DNA of 64,000 nucleotides from Octopus sinensis (GCF_006345805.1 NC_042999.1:109678001-109742000); one strand, 5' to 3'; positions 26,530 through 40,988 are shown, numbered from the stretch's first letter. A program made the numbers and translations. The notes: generated from the letters alone by a model not told the origin.

Positions 26530-27611
26530 ATGTATATGCATATATATTTGCACACTACATATACAGTGGATTCTCACATATGTAAAACTTTCTTTCACTT
26601 CAATCCACTCTACTAAGTATTATTCTATATTTAGTTAGGAGAAAACTCTGCTATACTGTAAAATAACATATTGGAATCTGAAAACTTCATGAACTGTAAG
26701 TCTGAATTCTTTTACATCTGTCAAAAAAACTGGAAACATGAAACTTGGAGTAATTGTTAGTGAAGTTTCCAACTTCTAATAAATATGATAAACTCTAAAG
26801 TTTGAATTCAGTACTCTTCTTTGCTCTTTTCTTCTCTTTCACATAATTCTTAGTGCCATAACATAGACACAAACACAAGTACACATACACACAGAGAATG
26901 TCACACTGGCTGTATTGCCCTTTTTCTTTTTTTTTAATCATTTTCATGTGTATATTAATTGGTACATTTTTACTTTTTATATATGTTGTTTAAGTATTTG
27001 TATGCCAGATCTATTAGTATTTATTTATTTATCAATACATTATGTATAATAAAAAGAACATGGGTTTCCTCAGCTGAAGAAAGTAATGTCTCTCAGAGAT
27101 AAATTCTATAAATAATGTCTATGGAAATTACGAATCAAATTATTTGATGTATGTTGAACATAACTGATAAATATTATTAATATTATTCATACAGGGGAAA
27201 TATTTGATCATATTAGAGGAGATGGTTGTAGCTAGCATAATTAGTAGAGCACTGGTCAGATTGCCTTGCAGGTGTTTAGTTATATCCCTTCATATTCAAA
27301 CCTTGCTTTAACTTTCATCTTTTGGGGTTTAATGAAAATATAAGGTTGTACTGAGGTTGGTTTAATCAACAATGTCTTATCATCATATTTGTAGCCTTAT
27401 TCTAAGTGTTACAATCAATATACAGAAAGGATTGAAGTACACACTGAGTAGTATAGAGATTAAAAATAAAACTTGCCTTTTAATTTTATATATAGCTTGA
27501 TGACTTTCAGTATTGTAAATTACATGAAATCTTTCAGGATTGAAAATCATTAGTGTAGACAAGAGAGGGAAAAGTAAGTAAGTATATATATATATGTGTG
27601 TGTGTGCTTTA

Positions 27612-27651
<40 letters not shown>

Positions 27652-28901
27652 TATATAAATATATATGTAGAGAGAGAGAGAGAGAGAGAGAGAAATCTTT
27701 GTGCGAGAAAGAGAATACAAGAGGGAATGAGTAAAACTGTCTAGTTGTCATAGGGTACCACCATGGACTTCTATAAAATTGAAAGTTAGTAGGTCTTAAA
27801 TAAAGTGATTTTAAAGAATTAGCTTTACTGTAATGAAAGCCATTACATCCTGTTAAAAAACACAAACAAAACATTTTATTTTAAACCTCATATAGATAAC
27901 TTAAAAATGAGTAAAAGCTATTTGAAGAAATGCAGGGTAGAGATTGATACTTCAGCTTATACAGCAGTTACAGACCTTTATGATATTTCATAAATTTACA
28001 TATATATCTAAAAAGAAAAAAAGTGAAAAAAGAAGCACAACTATATTGCTTGAGAATACACAATCTGCAAAGCTATTATTTGTAAGATGTGAATTTTAAA
28101 CTAAAAATATTTTCACAGGTAAAATTTTAAATGTATCTTTAAAAAAGTAGAAAATACTTCTTTTCTTCTCCTCCATTCTAAACCGAGAAATGACTGTCCT
28201 ACACCCTGCCATACAGAATATAACTTTTTAAATAGAAACTTGTATATTTTAAACTCAATCACCAACCTTAAAACATATTTAATTCGTTTTTGTTTTTGTT
28301 TTTATCACTATCTCAAAAAAGCCTATCAGATTTTCAGAATCTTTCAGATCAAATTTTCAAATAGAAATAAAATCAGGAAAATAATTCAAATATTTGTATT
28401 TTCCTGATAGGAAAAACTATAAAAATAAAAGATAAATCATAAATAATTTAACATAAGTTTCTTAATTTCAATTAATGCTAAGAATAAAGTAGAAAAGGCT
28501 TGGGAGTGATTACACAAAATTAAAAACAGGATTTTTAATGAAAACTTAAAAGCTAAATTAATCAGTATAATCAAACTTTTAAAACAATGTCCAATGAAAA
28601 CGATTTCTTGGCTAAGAAGAGAAAGAACAACTTGGATGTTATCTTTGATTCAAATGTTAGCATCAAAAATATAGTTAAATTATTAATAATAAAATAGAGT
28701 CTGCTCAGTGATAATATGTACTTCATTACACATAATGTAAGCAATTAAATGGGACATTAGAATATGAAATATTGATAAAAGATAGGAAATGTTTAAAGGA
28801 TTTTGAGATATCTTCAAGATTCCATAGGAAGATATATTACATAAATAAACAATGTGTGCATACATTTACATAAGAATGTACACAAACTCACATATAATCA
28901 T

Positions 28902-28952
<51 letters not shown>

Positions 28953-30115
28953 TTGTATGCCTAAATATATGTATGTGTAGTATTTTATAATCATATTTAT
29001 TTTACATTTTACATACTAAATCATAAAAGCAAGCATGTTTGTACATATGTTTGTATACAGGTACATATGAATATAGATGTACACATATATACACATACTC
29101 TATAAATATTTAGAGAAAAAGGAAAAAAAATGAAGCTTCTGGCCAACATAGGACAACTGCACCCCTCACTTTCTTGCTCAGTATATATACATATATATAT
29201 ATATATATAAAGTTGAAATTGTTTCTCCTTTTCATAATTCTATTATAAATTTGATTACTGACCACAAAATTTTTAAAAATGATATTAATTATTTTTACAT
29301 ATAATAAAGAAATAAGTAGGATATTATTTCAAACAGAAACAAAATCTAGTATCATAAGTCATAAGTAAATTCAATGTTTAAATTTATATAGATTCTGTAT
29401 ACTTTTCTGTAAGATATAAATATATTACTTTTGAGGTGGGGAGATGCCCTTAAGGCATTTATATTTTGTTATAAATTAATTAAAATAAAGGATAACATTA
29501 TTGATATAGTTATTCTTGTTATTAATTGGTATTACTAACTTCAGCTTATTTATGTTGTATGCACATATACATGTGTGTGTGTGTACATAGGTGTGAGTGT
29601 AAAATAGCAAGAGAAATTAATGGAAAAAGTAAGAATTCAATAAACTTATTTAGATATACATCAGCTTAGGAATTAGGTAAATGCTGACAATGTATAAACT
29701 ATTTGTAATATTTATTTTCTTTCTTTAAATCTATTTGTGTTTTTTCTTTTTAGTAACCTAGTCTAATTTCTAAATTAAATGTGGAACTTCTTTTTTAAAA
29801 AATAATTTAGCCGAGGTGTTTATTCATTTATCAAAATAGCTATTCACAAACACAACATGCATATAAGAATATTAAATAGTAAAGACAGAAGGTAGCCTAA
29901 TTGCAAAAACAAACAATTGTTACAATTTGAACATGAAGTCTTCTAAATTAAACAAAATTTTTTAGAAAAAATAAATAATGTATAAAGGAGGCTTTAAATT
30001 AATGTAATGAATGAACACAATATAAACATTAACAAAAACACAGAAAACAGGGCAAAATCAAAATTCTTTTATAATTATATTTGTGGTATGCAAGATTGCT
30101 TGTATACATGAATGC

Positions 30116-30171
<56 letters not shown>

Positions 30172-30180
30172 GTCTATCTG

Positions 30181-30228
<48 letters not shown>

Positions 30229-30495
30229 GTATATGCTTGTGTGTGTGTGTATTGCAGACACACACAACTTCATATAAAAATATATTCACATATCTACTTG
30301 CACACAGCGGGCTAACTTTTGCAGCCAGGTAAATCTGAATCACTCTTTACTACTAACAGACAAATAGATGGACTGTCATTTGTAGTACATATAAACAAGG
30401 ACACCTACATGATAGCTATTTACAGGCAGATGGTCTATATCAATATATAAAGATAGGAACAAGTGTGTGTGTGTGTATATATATATACTTGTACA

Positions 30496-30597
<102 letters not shown>

Positions 30598-30902
30598 TAC
30601 ACACATACACATGCACATACATACATACATGAGCATCCCAATCTGGGGTAAAACCATGAGTAAACTGTCACCTTTTAATATTGTAAGAATATTTATCCAT
30701 TCAACCCACCAAATCAAGTTCTATATCAAGTAACACTTGCACTGTGAAGGATATATTTTTGATATATCTTCTGCATCTTACTTTAATTGTGTGTATCTTA
30801 GGTAATTGTGTGTGTGTATCAATCCCTAGTGTCTTAAATACGAGAAGGTTCTCTCATACACACTGAGTCAATGAGAAAGCTGATAAATAGTCAAATGATG
30901 AG

Positions 30903-31050
30903 TTTCTTTTAGTTACCATGCAACAAATCCACTCACTAGGCTTTGGTCAGCCCAGACCTTTAGTACAAGATATTTGGTGTATGTGCCATGTAGAGGGTTT
31001 GAATCCAAAACTATGTGTTTGGGAACCAAACTTCTCAACTATTCATGCCT
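30903..31050 (-). mobile_element. degenerate family D SINE
   Basis: CAAATCCACTCAC..GGCTTTGGTCAGCCCA...TGGGAACCAAACTTCT. Confidence 0.75.
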
Positions 31051-31239
31051 ATACACAGACACACACACACATTATATATTTATTAATACACACATATGTA
31101 TATGCATATATACATACACATATATATATATTTATTAATATATATATATGCATACATATATACATGTGTATATATAATATACATACAAATATATAAAGAT
31201 ATATACACACATACATGTATACACACACATGTATGTATA

Positions 31240-31277
<38 letters not shown>

Positions 31278-31278
31278 A

Positions 31279-31470
31279 CTTTGAGAGAGTGGGATCAGTT
31301 GATTATAGCAGCTTTAAGACTTGACATGTGCTTAATTTTTTTTTATCATCAACCGAAAGATGAAAGGGCAAGTTGATTTTGGTGGGATTTGAACTTATGA
31401 AAATGTATGTACTAAAAAACAGTGAAACATACTGTCCAGTACTCTAGTGATTTGGTTAGCAACTGTCCTC
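31279..31470 (-). mobile_element. degenerate family A SINE
   Basis: GAAAGATGAAAGGGCAAGTTGA...GGGATTTGAACT core. Confidence 0.65.
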
Positions 31471-32850
31471 TTTCTTCCTCACCCTTCACAACAATAACAA
31501 TAATAGTGACAACAAGAATAATAAATATATAAATGGCAAGAATCATGTTACAGCATGGCATGAATTTGAAGAATAAAAAAAAAATGTAATTGGAAATAGC
31601 ATGATGGACAGTAAAGCTTCTTTTCCTTATATCATCATCATCTTTGACTTTTTACTAGCCATAATTGGGTGCATATATCATCATCCCTCCCCTGCATCTT
31701 ATTACTCTTCCTTCATATTGATTTTTCAATATTTCAATAAGCATCTTTCACCCATATAAATAGTAGGATTCAAACTGCTTCCTTTTATTTACTCAGCTGT
31801 TCCTCCCTTTATGTTTTACAGGATTTGGGGATGAGCAGGGTGTAAGGATCTTTTTTGCCTTCTCTTCCTTATCCTATCCACTTGATCTCCATTTCCAGTA
31901 ATAAATAAACATGAACAAAAAAACAGTCCAAACAACAAAAACACAAAATAAAACAACAACTTAGCATAGATACAGACATCTGTATTACAATTTCCGATGA
32001 ATCATTTGAAAAGTAAAAAAGAATTATTATTATTATTATTATTATTAAATTTTTCTGTTCTTCTATGATTTATCCAGAATACAACACCCTACCCATGACT
32101 GTATGTCCTTTATTTTCCCAAAATAACTTTCAGACAGATTCTAAGAAAATTCCCACCTCACATTTTCTTCCTTTTCTTTTTTTTTTTTTTTTTTTGTAAA
32201 ATTTCTAAGCGGAGTATAGACAAAATTTTTAAAAGATAAGCACTGCTTTTCATGTATTCTAAATCTGGACCTTGAATGGAATCTTATATTAGCATGTATA
32301 TATATATATATATATGTGAATGTGTGTACATAGGTTTGTGTGTAAAAAGGCACAAAGGTGAATATGGTTGACAGTAACAGTGTGTGTGTGTGTTTGTGTC
32401 TCTCTCCCCACTCTCTCTCCAAACAGAATACAGATGGATTAGGAAATCAGACACACATACAACTTCTCCCCTAACTCACTACATACCTAGGTCTAAACAA
32501 GCGAAGTTTCTTTTCTTCTTTTTCTTTTAAACAAATTTATTTAGATATTTCTTTTTTTTGAGGAGAAGGCTTAAATATTTTTTCATTTTTTCATATTATC
32601 AGTATTATTGTTTCAGTTCCTTTTGACATAATAAATGCAACATTGAAAGCTATGCAATAACAATATGACCAGTAAATGGCAATAACACAAAAACAATATA
32701 TATATATATATATATATACACATACATATTTATGCTGGGTATAATTAAATTAGAATGTTTTAAAAAGACTACAAATATAGTATTAAATACACCTGTCTTC
32801 AGAATCAAATAACCATACAAGATAAGGTACATGTATGGTGTGTGTGTGAA

Positions 32851-32886
<36 letters not shown>

Positions 32887-32943
32887 TATATACGTATGTG
32901 CACTTATATATAGGTATACACATGTATGCATACGCACACAGAC

Positions 32944-32988
<45 letters not shown>

Positions 32989-33409
32989 CTATCTATTTAT
33001 CTATATATACATATATATATACATGCATACATATATATACACACATATATATATATATATATACACATATATGCACACTAAGAAACACACATACACACAC
33101 ACACACAAAACAAGAACGCTTCACAGTTGCAGTCTCTATGAGTTTTGTGTGTGTGTGTGTGTGTGTGCGTGTATGTGAGAGAGAGAGAGAGAGAGAGAGA
33201 GAGTGTGTGTGGTGTGCAATCAAAATGTATAGAGACTGCCACCATGAAGTACTGCTGAAAGTTTTGAAGTTAGTCATCATCCATTGCATCAGAATACAGT
33301 ATTCAGAATTTACATTTATATTTATTACTTTGTCAGTTTTTTTTTAGCAGCTGCTTTTAATTTTTTTCTTCATAACCATACAGCCCAGCACACACACACA
33401 CACATATAT

Positions 33410-33570
33410 GTACAGAGTTCCACCTCAAATTTGCCATCTTCAACCTCAACGCCATTAAAATCAACCTCAAATTCGTCATTGTCACCCTCAATTTCTTTTT
33501 TTTTTTTTCAGTTTTGGTTATGTTGCCATCTATCTTGATTTCGTCATTGTCAACTTAAATGTTGTCACTC
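33410..33570 (+). repeat. degenerate ~21-bp minisatellite
   Basis: ACCTCAAATTTGCCATCTTCA / ACCTCAACGCCATTAAAATCA / ACCTCAAATTCGTCATTGTCA, followed by further partial units. Confidence 0.65.
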
Positions 33571-33934
33571 TAGGATAGATCAAAATGCTTTTATAAAAAG
33601 CCACTGATATCAGTGATTATTCGATGCAGAATTGTAAAAGAATATAAACGTTAAATAGTTTTATAAAGGCCTTACAAATTTTGTATTATATAAATTGTTG
33701 CATCTTACATAACCTTAAATATACATATATTTAGTTACAGAAAATGTAAAACTACATACTATGCATATACAAGTCAAAGACAAAAATAAATAACATCAGT
33801 TATTTATTATTACCATTTTTTAACTCTCTTAAATCAAGCATAATCATCTTAGGTTATGAAAGTCGGTCTTGCGTTGAGCAATATATTATGTAAATACATG
33901 TACAACACTAGGCTGACTTTAAATATATACATAC

Positions 33935-34062
33935 ATACATTTCATAGTGCTCAAGAGATTTTAACTTGAGCAGATAGAGGAGTAAATGTAAGGACAAGCA
34001 ATTTAGGCAAGTTACTCCTCTAACTGCTCAAGTTCAAATCTACTGAGCACTATGAAATGTAT
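33935..34062. repeat. long inverted repeat or foldback MITE
   Basis: 51-bp arms at 33935-33985 and 34012-34062, about 4 mismatches, with a 26-nt spacer. Confidence 0.92.
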
Positions 34063-34224
34063 TCTATACAGAGAATACCTGTCTCTAATCTATAAACTAC
34101 ATACATATGTACACATTCAGATGAATATGGTACTTAAGTTGAGGCACCAGAATTTAGTACGGTATTATCCATACAATTTCAAAATAAGGTGATTAGAATC
34201 AAAATAAACAACAAGGATATCCAG

Positions 34225-34500
34225 AGGTAATGCAGTGCTTGTAAGATTGCAGTTTCAATTTCTGAACTGGGTGGTGTGTTGTGTGCTTGAGCAAAAGACT
34301 TCATCGCACGTTCCTCTGCAGTCACGTTGATACCTGGTGTGAGGTTTTATCAGCACCTGTTCAGGTGACATCGATTTAATGGAGGGAGTGAGCTAATGTA
34401 CAGGATATCCATTTGATCACAATAAACAAAGTGTTTATGTGATTATTCAGCAAGAAATTGCAAAACTGCCTTTCTCATACCATAAGAGACTACCATCATG
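34225..34500 (+). mobile_element. family B-headed SINE with a distinct tail, degenerate
   Basis: GTAAGATTGCAGTTTCAATTTCTG...TGTGCTTGAGCAAAAGACTTCAT matches the head of 42344. Confidence 0.65.
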
Positions 34501-34723
34501 TGTATGTGTGTGTGTGCATGCGTGTGTGTGTGTGTGTGTGCATGTGTGTGTGTGTGTGTGTGTGTATGTGTGTGTATAAATATCTGTTGATTCATCTGAA
34601 ATGATAAATTACAGGACTTAAAACAAATGTAGAGTATTCTTTAATACATTATAACTGAAACGCTCCAATTTCCAGCACTCAGAGTTTTGAAATATGAAAC
34701 AAAAGTTTGAAGAAAACTCTCAT

Positions 34724-34763
<40 letters not shown>

Positions 34764-34829
34764 TTCCATGCACCTATATATGTACACACACACATTTAAC
34801 TATACACGCATGCATATCCATATACAATG

Positions 34830-34902
34830 TTTGTCCCATATACAAATGTACCCATATACAAATGTTTGTCAGTGTCCCATATACAAATGTTTGTCAGTGT
34901 CC
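34830..34902 (+). repeat. short minisatellite (CCCATATACAAATGT units)
   Basis: Three copies are visible, two extended by TTGTCAGTGTCC. Confidence 0.85.
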
Positions 34903-35177
34903 GACAAATCATATACATATGTGTGTGTGAGTGAAATTATGATAAACAGAAGTTTATATCATTTGTTTCCTATGTATGTCTCACTGTTTTGGTTGTTTTC
35001 GACTTGTGCATTAGATGGCCCAAGCACAAGTGGATGCTGTACCATGACAGATCATCAGAGGAACACATGTTACAGTGATCAAATATCTGAAATGGGATGG
35101 ATGGTGAGACATTTTATAACTGTGTCAACAGGGAAGCATATAGATAGCAAACAAGAGAGAGAGAGAGAAGACAGGAT

Positions 35178-36385
35178 TTAATTTTTTCCTTTCCTTTGGG
35201 TTGCATGATTTGACAGGACCCAATGGACCCAAGGACTGCACCATGTTCCATTGTCTGTTTGGTATGGTTTCTATGGTTGGATGTCCTTCCTGACACCAAC
35301 CACTTTACAGTGTGTACTGGGTGCTTTTTTTCCTGCCACCAGCACTAGTGAGGTTGCCACACAGCTTTCAGGACTAGATCTTGAGTAGGGAGAGTGAACT
35401 TTATGGTAAGAAAATAAGGAGTAGAGAGGAGTAAAGTATGAGAGAAAAGGGGCTAGAGCAAGCAGGTTTCTTGCTGAAGAGGCACTAAATCACTACACAT
35501 GCTGTAGAAAAGAGGGTGGTGGGGAACTGGAAATTGGTGATGAGGTGTTAGGGTGAACCTTCAAAGTACAATGTGGGTAGGAATGCCAGAAATGGGAGGA
35601 GTTACAGATATCTAGTGCAGGACAGCAACATAGAGATGATGATACAGGAAACAGGGGGATGGAAGAGAGCAGACATGGGCGGTGTATGTGTGTGTGTGTG
35701 AGGGGGGGGGCGCAGTCAAGTAAGCTGCAGGAGTGGATGGGGAAGAGAGAAAGGCAGGTACAGTGTATTAAGAAGATAGGATGTAAGGAGGTGGAGAGAT
35801 AATTTGATGGCAAAGTGGTGTGGTAGGGGTGATCAATAAAAAAAGTATGAGTGCAGATAAGGATTAATGGATGAACGACAGATAACAAGTGAAGTAGTTC
35901 TGGGTAGTAAGAAAAGTGGTATCAAGGAGGAACTGCAGTTGGGGGAGTGATAGCCAGTAGATTATTTGAGGAGGGGAATTGGGTGCAGGGCCCAAATGTG
36001 CATATATACACAAACACAATCAATTCTATTGGAGCTCAGCTATGCTAACTTGGGTAGGTCTTCTTGAGAACCACATATTGCTTGGCCCTTTGTCATCTCC
36101 TCTACAAGGTTCAAGGTTTTGAAATCAGTCTTTACCATCTTGTCATATGTCTTCTTGAGTCTCCCTCTTCCATGACTTCCATCAACTAACTGTTAGTGCT
36201 CAGTACTTCTTTATACAGCTGTCCTTATCCATACTTGTCACAAGTCCATACCAGCACAATCTTCTTTCTTGCACACTGCTTCTGGTTCCTCTTATGTCGA
36301 CCACTTTTGTACAATGCCTTTCATGCACACTTACATTGCATATCAAATGAAGCATGCTTGCTCCATTTCTTTCCAGTCTTTTCAT
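35178..36385 (-). mobile_element. 5'-truncated RTE-clade LINE (ORF2 C-terminus plus 3' region)
   Basis: ORF 36200-36385 KRLERNGASMLHLICNVSV...VQERRLCWYGLVTSMDKDSCIKK matches the RTE post-RT motif (RRLRWYGHVxRM). A GRGRxKKT-like segment follows, and the 3' end is shared with 9552 and 38742. Confidence 0.8.
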
Positions 36386-38226
36386 ATATATATTGCTTGT
36401 TTATATAGATTTATAGACATATATAGCAGCAGTGTGAGAGAGGATTATGACGTTTACTAAGATATCAATAGTGTATGTGAAGTTGCCTTTATGTAAATAA
36501 ATTTTTATTGTCAGAGGACAAAACTGGAATCATTCTTCTTCAATTAATTTGTATGTTTTATCATAATTTACACACAGATCATACATAGTCTGAATGATAA
36601 GCAAAGGTATTAGCTTCAGAAATGTTCAATTTCCATTACACACTTGCCACATTGCTGTTACTAACTTCGCTGCTAACATTAATTATATTACAAAAATAAC
36701 AGGAATGTTGGATTAAGAAAAAATTTTTAGGAACTGTAACCCAGAAGTATCTGTATCTACCAACTGGGAGGCTGCTGGAAATTAAGTGGAAAGTTATAGA
36801 AAATATTACTGAGTTTTACAGTAGCTACAAAGTTTTAACCAGGCTCTGTATAAATCTAGTGGGTTCCTAGAACAACTTCAGTTTGAGTCTCAAGTCTCCT
36901 ATCAGAAATTTAACTGCACATGGTGTATGAACAATATCACACTGAGTTTCAACATACAGAACAAGGCCATTTCCTTTCAATGGTGGGATATTATAAACAT
37001 ACATACATACACATACTGCATTCACACTTACTTTACATATAAACAATGTCATGTGGGAAGTGTACTAATGTGTTTTATATCCAGATAAATTAAGTTACAA
37101 ACAAAAACAAAATTAAAGTGATGCATAATATCAACTGGAGGTGCCAGGTTTGCATCAAGAAGATAGGAGATAAAAACACTTTCATATACATGCAGAATTA
37201 AGAAGACTTCCCTTAACCACACACATACACACACGAGTGCATACATAGAAAGTCTCACGTTGTTGACACATTACTTCAGTTTTATCATATATAACATGTT
37301 TGTCACCTTAACCACACTTACAGTTGACCCTTTGGGTTTTTATTTGCACACAAAGTCTATTGCTTTTCCTAGTCTTTTTAGGACTTCATTTAATGAATTA
37401 AGATAAAGAATGAATGTATCCCACTTTAAAGGTTTCACAGCATCAGTGAACTTTTGGCCAGAGACTTCATTGTATCTCATAGCAATTTATTTCTTTATGT
37501 ACAAAGAAATTATCTGTTCTGAAAGCATATCTCACTAGTTTCCAATATAACATGTAAATGCTATGAAGGTTCAGCTTCGAGCTACTGATTTGCTTTTTCC
37601 AATGGGTTGCAACAGGATAAAATAAAAGAAATGTCAAAAGACATCAGGTTTTATTTATTTTTTTCCCCCTTTTATTTTGTTTATATTTTATATATATTAG
37701 TTTTGTTTTAAATGAATCTATCTAATTTTGTTTCAGAAACCATAGGAAACTAAGAAAGCACAAATGATATATTGTCTATAGTCTTTGAAATATCAAGAGT
37801 AGTGATAAAGTAATATATGTAAAAAAAAATAATAAATAAATAAATATAGAAAAAAAAAGTGGATGACCTCCATTAAGCATAAAAGGTAACATTAAAATTC
37901 CATATGGAAATATTATGATTGTGATGTATTCTTAGGGTAATATCAAAATAGTGTGTGCACGTATGTGTGTGTGTGTGTGCGTGTGTGTGTGTGTGCGTGT
38001 GTGAGTGTATGACTATACATATCTACCCACATAAATATATCTATAGTCATATATAAATGCATATGTATTTATTTGTGTGTGTATTATTACACACATATAT
38101 ATATATATATATATATATGAATATGTTACACACACACATATATATGCATGCATATGTATATATATAAATATAAATGAAATGCATACATACATACATATAT
38201 ATATATATAATATATATATATATATA

Positions 38227-38420
38227 TCATCATCATCATCATTTTAATGGCCATTTTTCTATGCTTGTATAGATTGAATAGAGTTCAATGGGGCAGATTT
38301 TCTACAGCTGAATGCCCTTCCTATCATCAACCCTCTCTTGTTTCCAAGTTAGGTAATACTTCTCCATTGCCAGACATGATTTTGATTTTGCAGAATATTA
38401 GAAATGTGAGTGACACATGA
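38227..38420 (-). mobile_element. SINE 3' module with (TGA)n tail
   Basis: Reverse complement of the tail of 49068-49510 (AACATGTCTGG...GGAAGGGCAT...TGATGAT). Confidence 0.7.
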
Positions 38421-38447
38421 TGTCAAAAGAAGGAGACACAATCAGAA

Positions 38448-38488
<41 letters not shown>

Positions 38489-38509
38489 CATGTGTAAGTG
38501 TTTATATAG

Positions 38510-38595
38510 TCACAAATTGAGAATTTCGCTTCCCAAGTAAATGGCTTCAGGTTCAGTTCCACAGCACAACATCTCGAGCAACATCTTCTACTATT
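38510..38595 (+). mobile_element. family D SINE head fragment
   Basis: GCTTCCCAA...GGTTCAGTTCCAC...TCTTCTACTAT. Confidence 0.65.
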
Positions 38596-38741
38596 AAAAG
38601 GTATCACTAATATTCAATTCAGGATTGCACACACTACACTGCAGAAGTTGTGTGCATGACTGTGGATAATTCGGTGATTTTTATGAGCAGAATAAACTCA
38701 GATACATGCATTCATATGTATCAATATCTCTTTGTCTGTTT

Positions 38742-38900
38742 ATCATCATCATAGTTGTTTAATGTCTACTTTCCATGCTAGCATGGGCTGGACGGTTTGA
38801 CTGAGGGCTGGCAAGCCAGAAGGCTGCACCAGGCTCCAATCTGATCTGGCAGTTTCTACAGCTGGATACCCTTCCTCATGCCATCCACACCAAGAGTGTA
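38742..38900 (-). mobile_element. RTE-type LINE/SINE 3' terminal fragment
   Basis: ATCATCATC...TTTCCATGCTAGCATGGG...TTTCTACAGCTGGATACCCTTCCT, shared with 9552, 35178 and 62630. Confidence 0.8.
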
Positions 38901-40912
38901 GTATATATATATATATATATACAGTCAAGCTACTTGTACAAGTTCTGGTGACTCTTTGTTGCCACCCAATTCTATTATTTATATTTGAATTAGGAGCTTG
39001 AGTCATAATGAATCTTTCATTAGCTCTTCACACAGCTTCTTTCGATGTGTTGCCATTACTTCCTTTGAAAGAGCTTGTTGATCCTGACTATTGATCTTCT
39101 AGGATTCCTCTACTCAGCATTAATGTAAGAATCACTGTTGGCTCAACTGGGCTCTTTCACTGCCCCTTCACAATCTGCCATGATGCAGTTCCATGACTTC
39201 AATGTATCCCTGGAACGGTAGCTGAATGGGTGTTATGTCTTGCCAAAGAGCAGTCTGTAACTATGCATGCAGGACACAGTTTCCACTCTGTGGGGTATTT
39301 TCTAAATACATATTTTCCACCCATGAAAGGGTCGAAAATATGTGTTCACTTGTGCTGTCTAATAGGTTTCAGACAACTTCTGCATGTCTTATTCAACTTC
39401 CAAACATGTGCATCCAGAAGCTGTAAAAGATAACTAATGTTTTCATATACAATATATCTATTTAACCATATCTATCTATCTATCTATCTATCTATCTGTT
39501 TGTCTGTCTATATAATGAAGGTCTAGTTATTGACTATAAACCACCCTTAAAGAAATTATGACGTTGTTAAACACCGAGAATAACTGTTATCCATTAATGA
39601 AATGATTCATGACACTCAGCCAGACTGTTTCACTACAGCTTATGAAATAAATGAGCAATGTTTCTCATTTGTTTATTTGATAAGCTAGGGGAAATAATCT
39701 AACCAGTTGTTATAGACATGTTCATCACCCCATCATCATCATCATCATCATATAATGCTCTTGTTCCATGCTGGCATGTGTGTACATGCATGTTGTGTGT
39801 GTAAGTATGTATACACAGATGTACATATGTATGTTACATGCACACACATTTATTTTTAGTACGTCACATCTTCAGTGAGTTGACTTAACATAGAAACAGC
39901 GATGAGTGGATTTTTTGATGGTGCATGTATGCATACTTGATTATGAATATATGCAAAGAATATACACTATACAATTTTATCAATGTGTTCATACATATGC
40001 ATTCCAATGTACATACTACACACACACACACACTCAAAGATGGTTTTGTGTACAATTATTATTGTTACTATAACAACTGGGTTTTTCTCATTTATACTGC
40101 CATGAATTAGGAGAACACACGCATATATACAAGTGCCTCTCTATCCAGAACCTAGTTAATACTCTGTTGGTGTTAGTGATAGGTGTCTATTATTGCGTCT
40201 GCAATGTAGGAAAAGAATGTAATACTGATTATTCTTGGAGATAGTGTTTTGAGTAAGAAAATGTTGCAGAGAGAGGCTGAGTATCTAAACAAGACAAAAT
40301 ATTTAAAGCAAATTTAAACACAGTTGTTACTCAGATCTGATAATGCAGGATTGTGGTGAATAGAAATATGTTGTTTATACATCTAATACAACTGACACTT
40401 GCATTGAAAGTTGGAAATGAAAATGATGATGAGTTTTTATACAGATAATTAGAAAGAATAATTATTGTGGTTTTTCCAGGTATAGTGAAAGATATTTCCT
40501 GACAAGTTTAATTTGCACAGAAATCTCTATAAGGAGACAGATTCCATTCACAAAGACAAGAGAAAAAAAGAATAAATAAATAAATAAATAAAAGCTTAGT
40601 TAATTTTAAATAACTAAACTTGAATATATTTTTTGAATATTATATTTTTTTTTCTTATTTCATGTATATACAATAAATTTCAAGTGAATACAAGAAATTT
40701 CAGGTAGATACAAGGAATATCTCAGATTCAATGAAGAAAAAAAATGGAAAGGAAAAAAAAAATGATGACCACATACACACACAGAAACACTATAGCATCA
40801 AACAAAGAAGGCATTTCTATCCAAGCTGACACATTTTTCTTGCTAAATTGAATGGTGCCAGATAAAAAGAGTACCAATTACAAAGTGTTTAGGTGCCAGC
40901 AGTGCTGAGCTG

Positions 40913-40988
<76 letters not shown>

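Noticed and set aside
28020-28090. miR-137 gene
   Set aside because: There is no complementary 5p arm nearby and the 3' end diverges. It is kept only as a possible target site or relic.
33410-34902. CRISPR-like array from the short tandem repeats
   Set aside because: The context is eukaryotic, the units are degenerate with no unique spacers, and there are no cas genes.
37917-37943. Sequence able to pair with the miR-137-like stretch at 28043-28065
   Set aside because: It lies about 10 kb away and needs several G-U pairs and bulges, which is plausible by chance in AT-rich DNA.
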